Part shown: piece after piece, positions 63,413-64,000 of the stretch
Position numbering within the stretch: the stretch's first letter is position 1
How the letters are laid out: each line of letters opens with the position of its first letter
DNA from: Oikopleura dioica
Taxonomy: Eukaryota; Animalia; Chordata
DNA length: 64,000 nucleotides
Assembly (NCBI GenBank): GCA_907165135.1
Contig: OU015567.1
Span: 11,842,001 to 11,906,000 of the forward strand
Reading direction: 5' to 3'
Program-made: the position numbers and the translations under genes
The notes under the pieces: model-generated
Told to the model about the DNA's origin: nothing
What the model saw: the letters and a program-made list of their open reading frames with translations, nothing else
The model's database searches: none

Positions 63413-64000
63413 CTAAATAACAGTAATAACAGAAACAATAAGATTCTGTCTCGAAGAAAAGTATTTGTAAATTTACGATATTTTCATCAATGAAAAACAT
63501 TAATCAATTTTAGAACAATCAGAACAGGGCTCCGAATCGCGGGGGCGCGCGCCGTGAGCGCCAGAGGTTGAACTCAAGCGCGAACGAGAATCTCGGGAGC
63601 AAGCGGCGCCCTCCCGAGCAAGTTGGGGAGCAAAATTTCAAAATGAAAGCGCCGGCGGGTCCGAGTTTGCGCCTATTTTCTCGGTTTATAATCGATCAGC
63701 TTGTGAAAATTGAATGAAAGAATCTTCCCCTGAAGAATATCTTTCAAAATTATGATGAATTATCTTCATTATGAATTTTGACATGAGCTATTTTCAAAAA
63801 TTCGTTTTTGCATATATACTTTATATACACTCTTCTTTCTATTGTCGTTTTAAGTTTTTCTCTATCGTTCTTAATTCAGTCGCTATCGACGAAAGAAAAG
63901 TTTAACTTCAAATGGATTCAGCACTTTCAATTTTGAAAATATGAAATTATATAAAATTGCTTCCACCGGAAAGCCCAAAAAATTCTGATCAAAAGTTATG

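Noticed and set aside
63525-63700. GC-rich stretch starting CAGGGCTCC, like a hAT terminus
   Set aside because: No matching second TIR or TSD within the window.

Overview
Gene-dense animal genomic DNA with mostly 38-50 nt introns and several non-GT donors. The organism is most likely a larvacean tunicate of the Oikopleura dioica type (inference from gene architecture, not confirmed). Recognisable content in order: a U2 snRNA gene, a candidate cyclic-peptide precursor, a Cys-rich secreted protein, an 8-Tudor protein, Vav, two tandem ACSF2-like ligases, a small secreted peptide, CFAP43, an AGO-clade Argonaute, an acidic CaaX protein, a protease with C-terminal kringles, SLC38A9, TOX, TMEM86, two 4-TM proteins, a type-I membrane protein, a muscle myosin heavy chain, a ShKT membrane protein and the last exon of a LamG gene. 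Five non-autonomous TIR elements with clear target-site duplications are present, one nested in another. The most unusual observations are: (1) an Argonaute with all four slicer residues replaced and an RG-repeat inserted inside a shortened PAZ domain, about 16 kb from a multi-Tudor gene; (2) a 70-nt hairpin-shaped intron with no GT donor, plus GA-AG introns, each preceded by exonic AG; (3) a protease-first, kringles-last domain order; (4) a hidden neuropeptide-like precursor just downstream of U2. All exon structures were assembled by eye, so boundaries are approximate.
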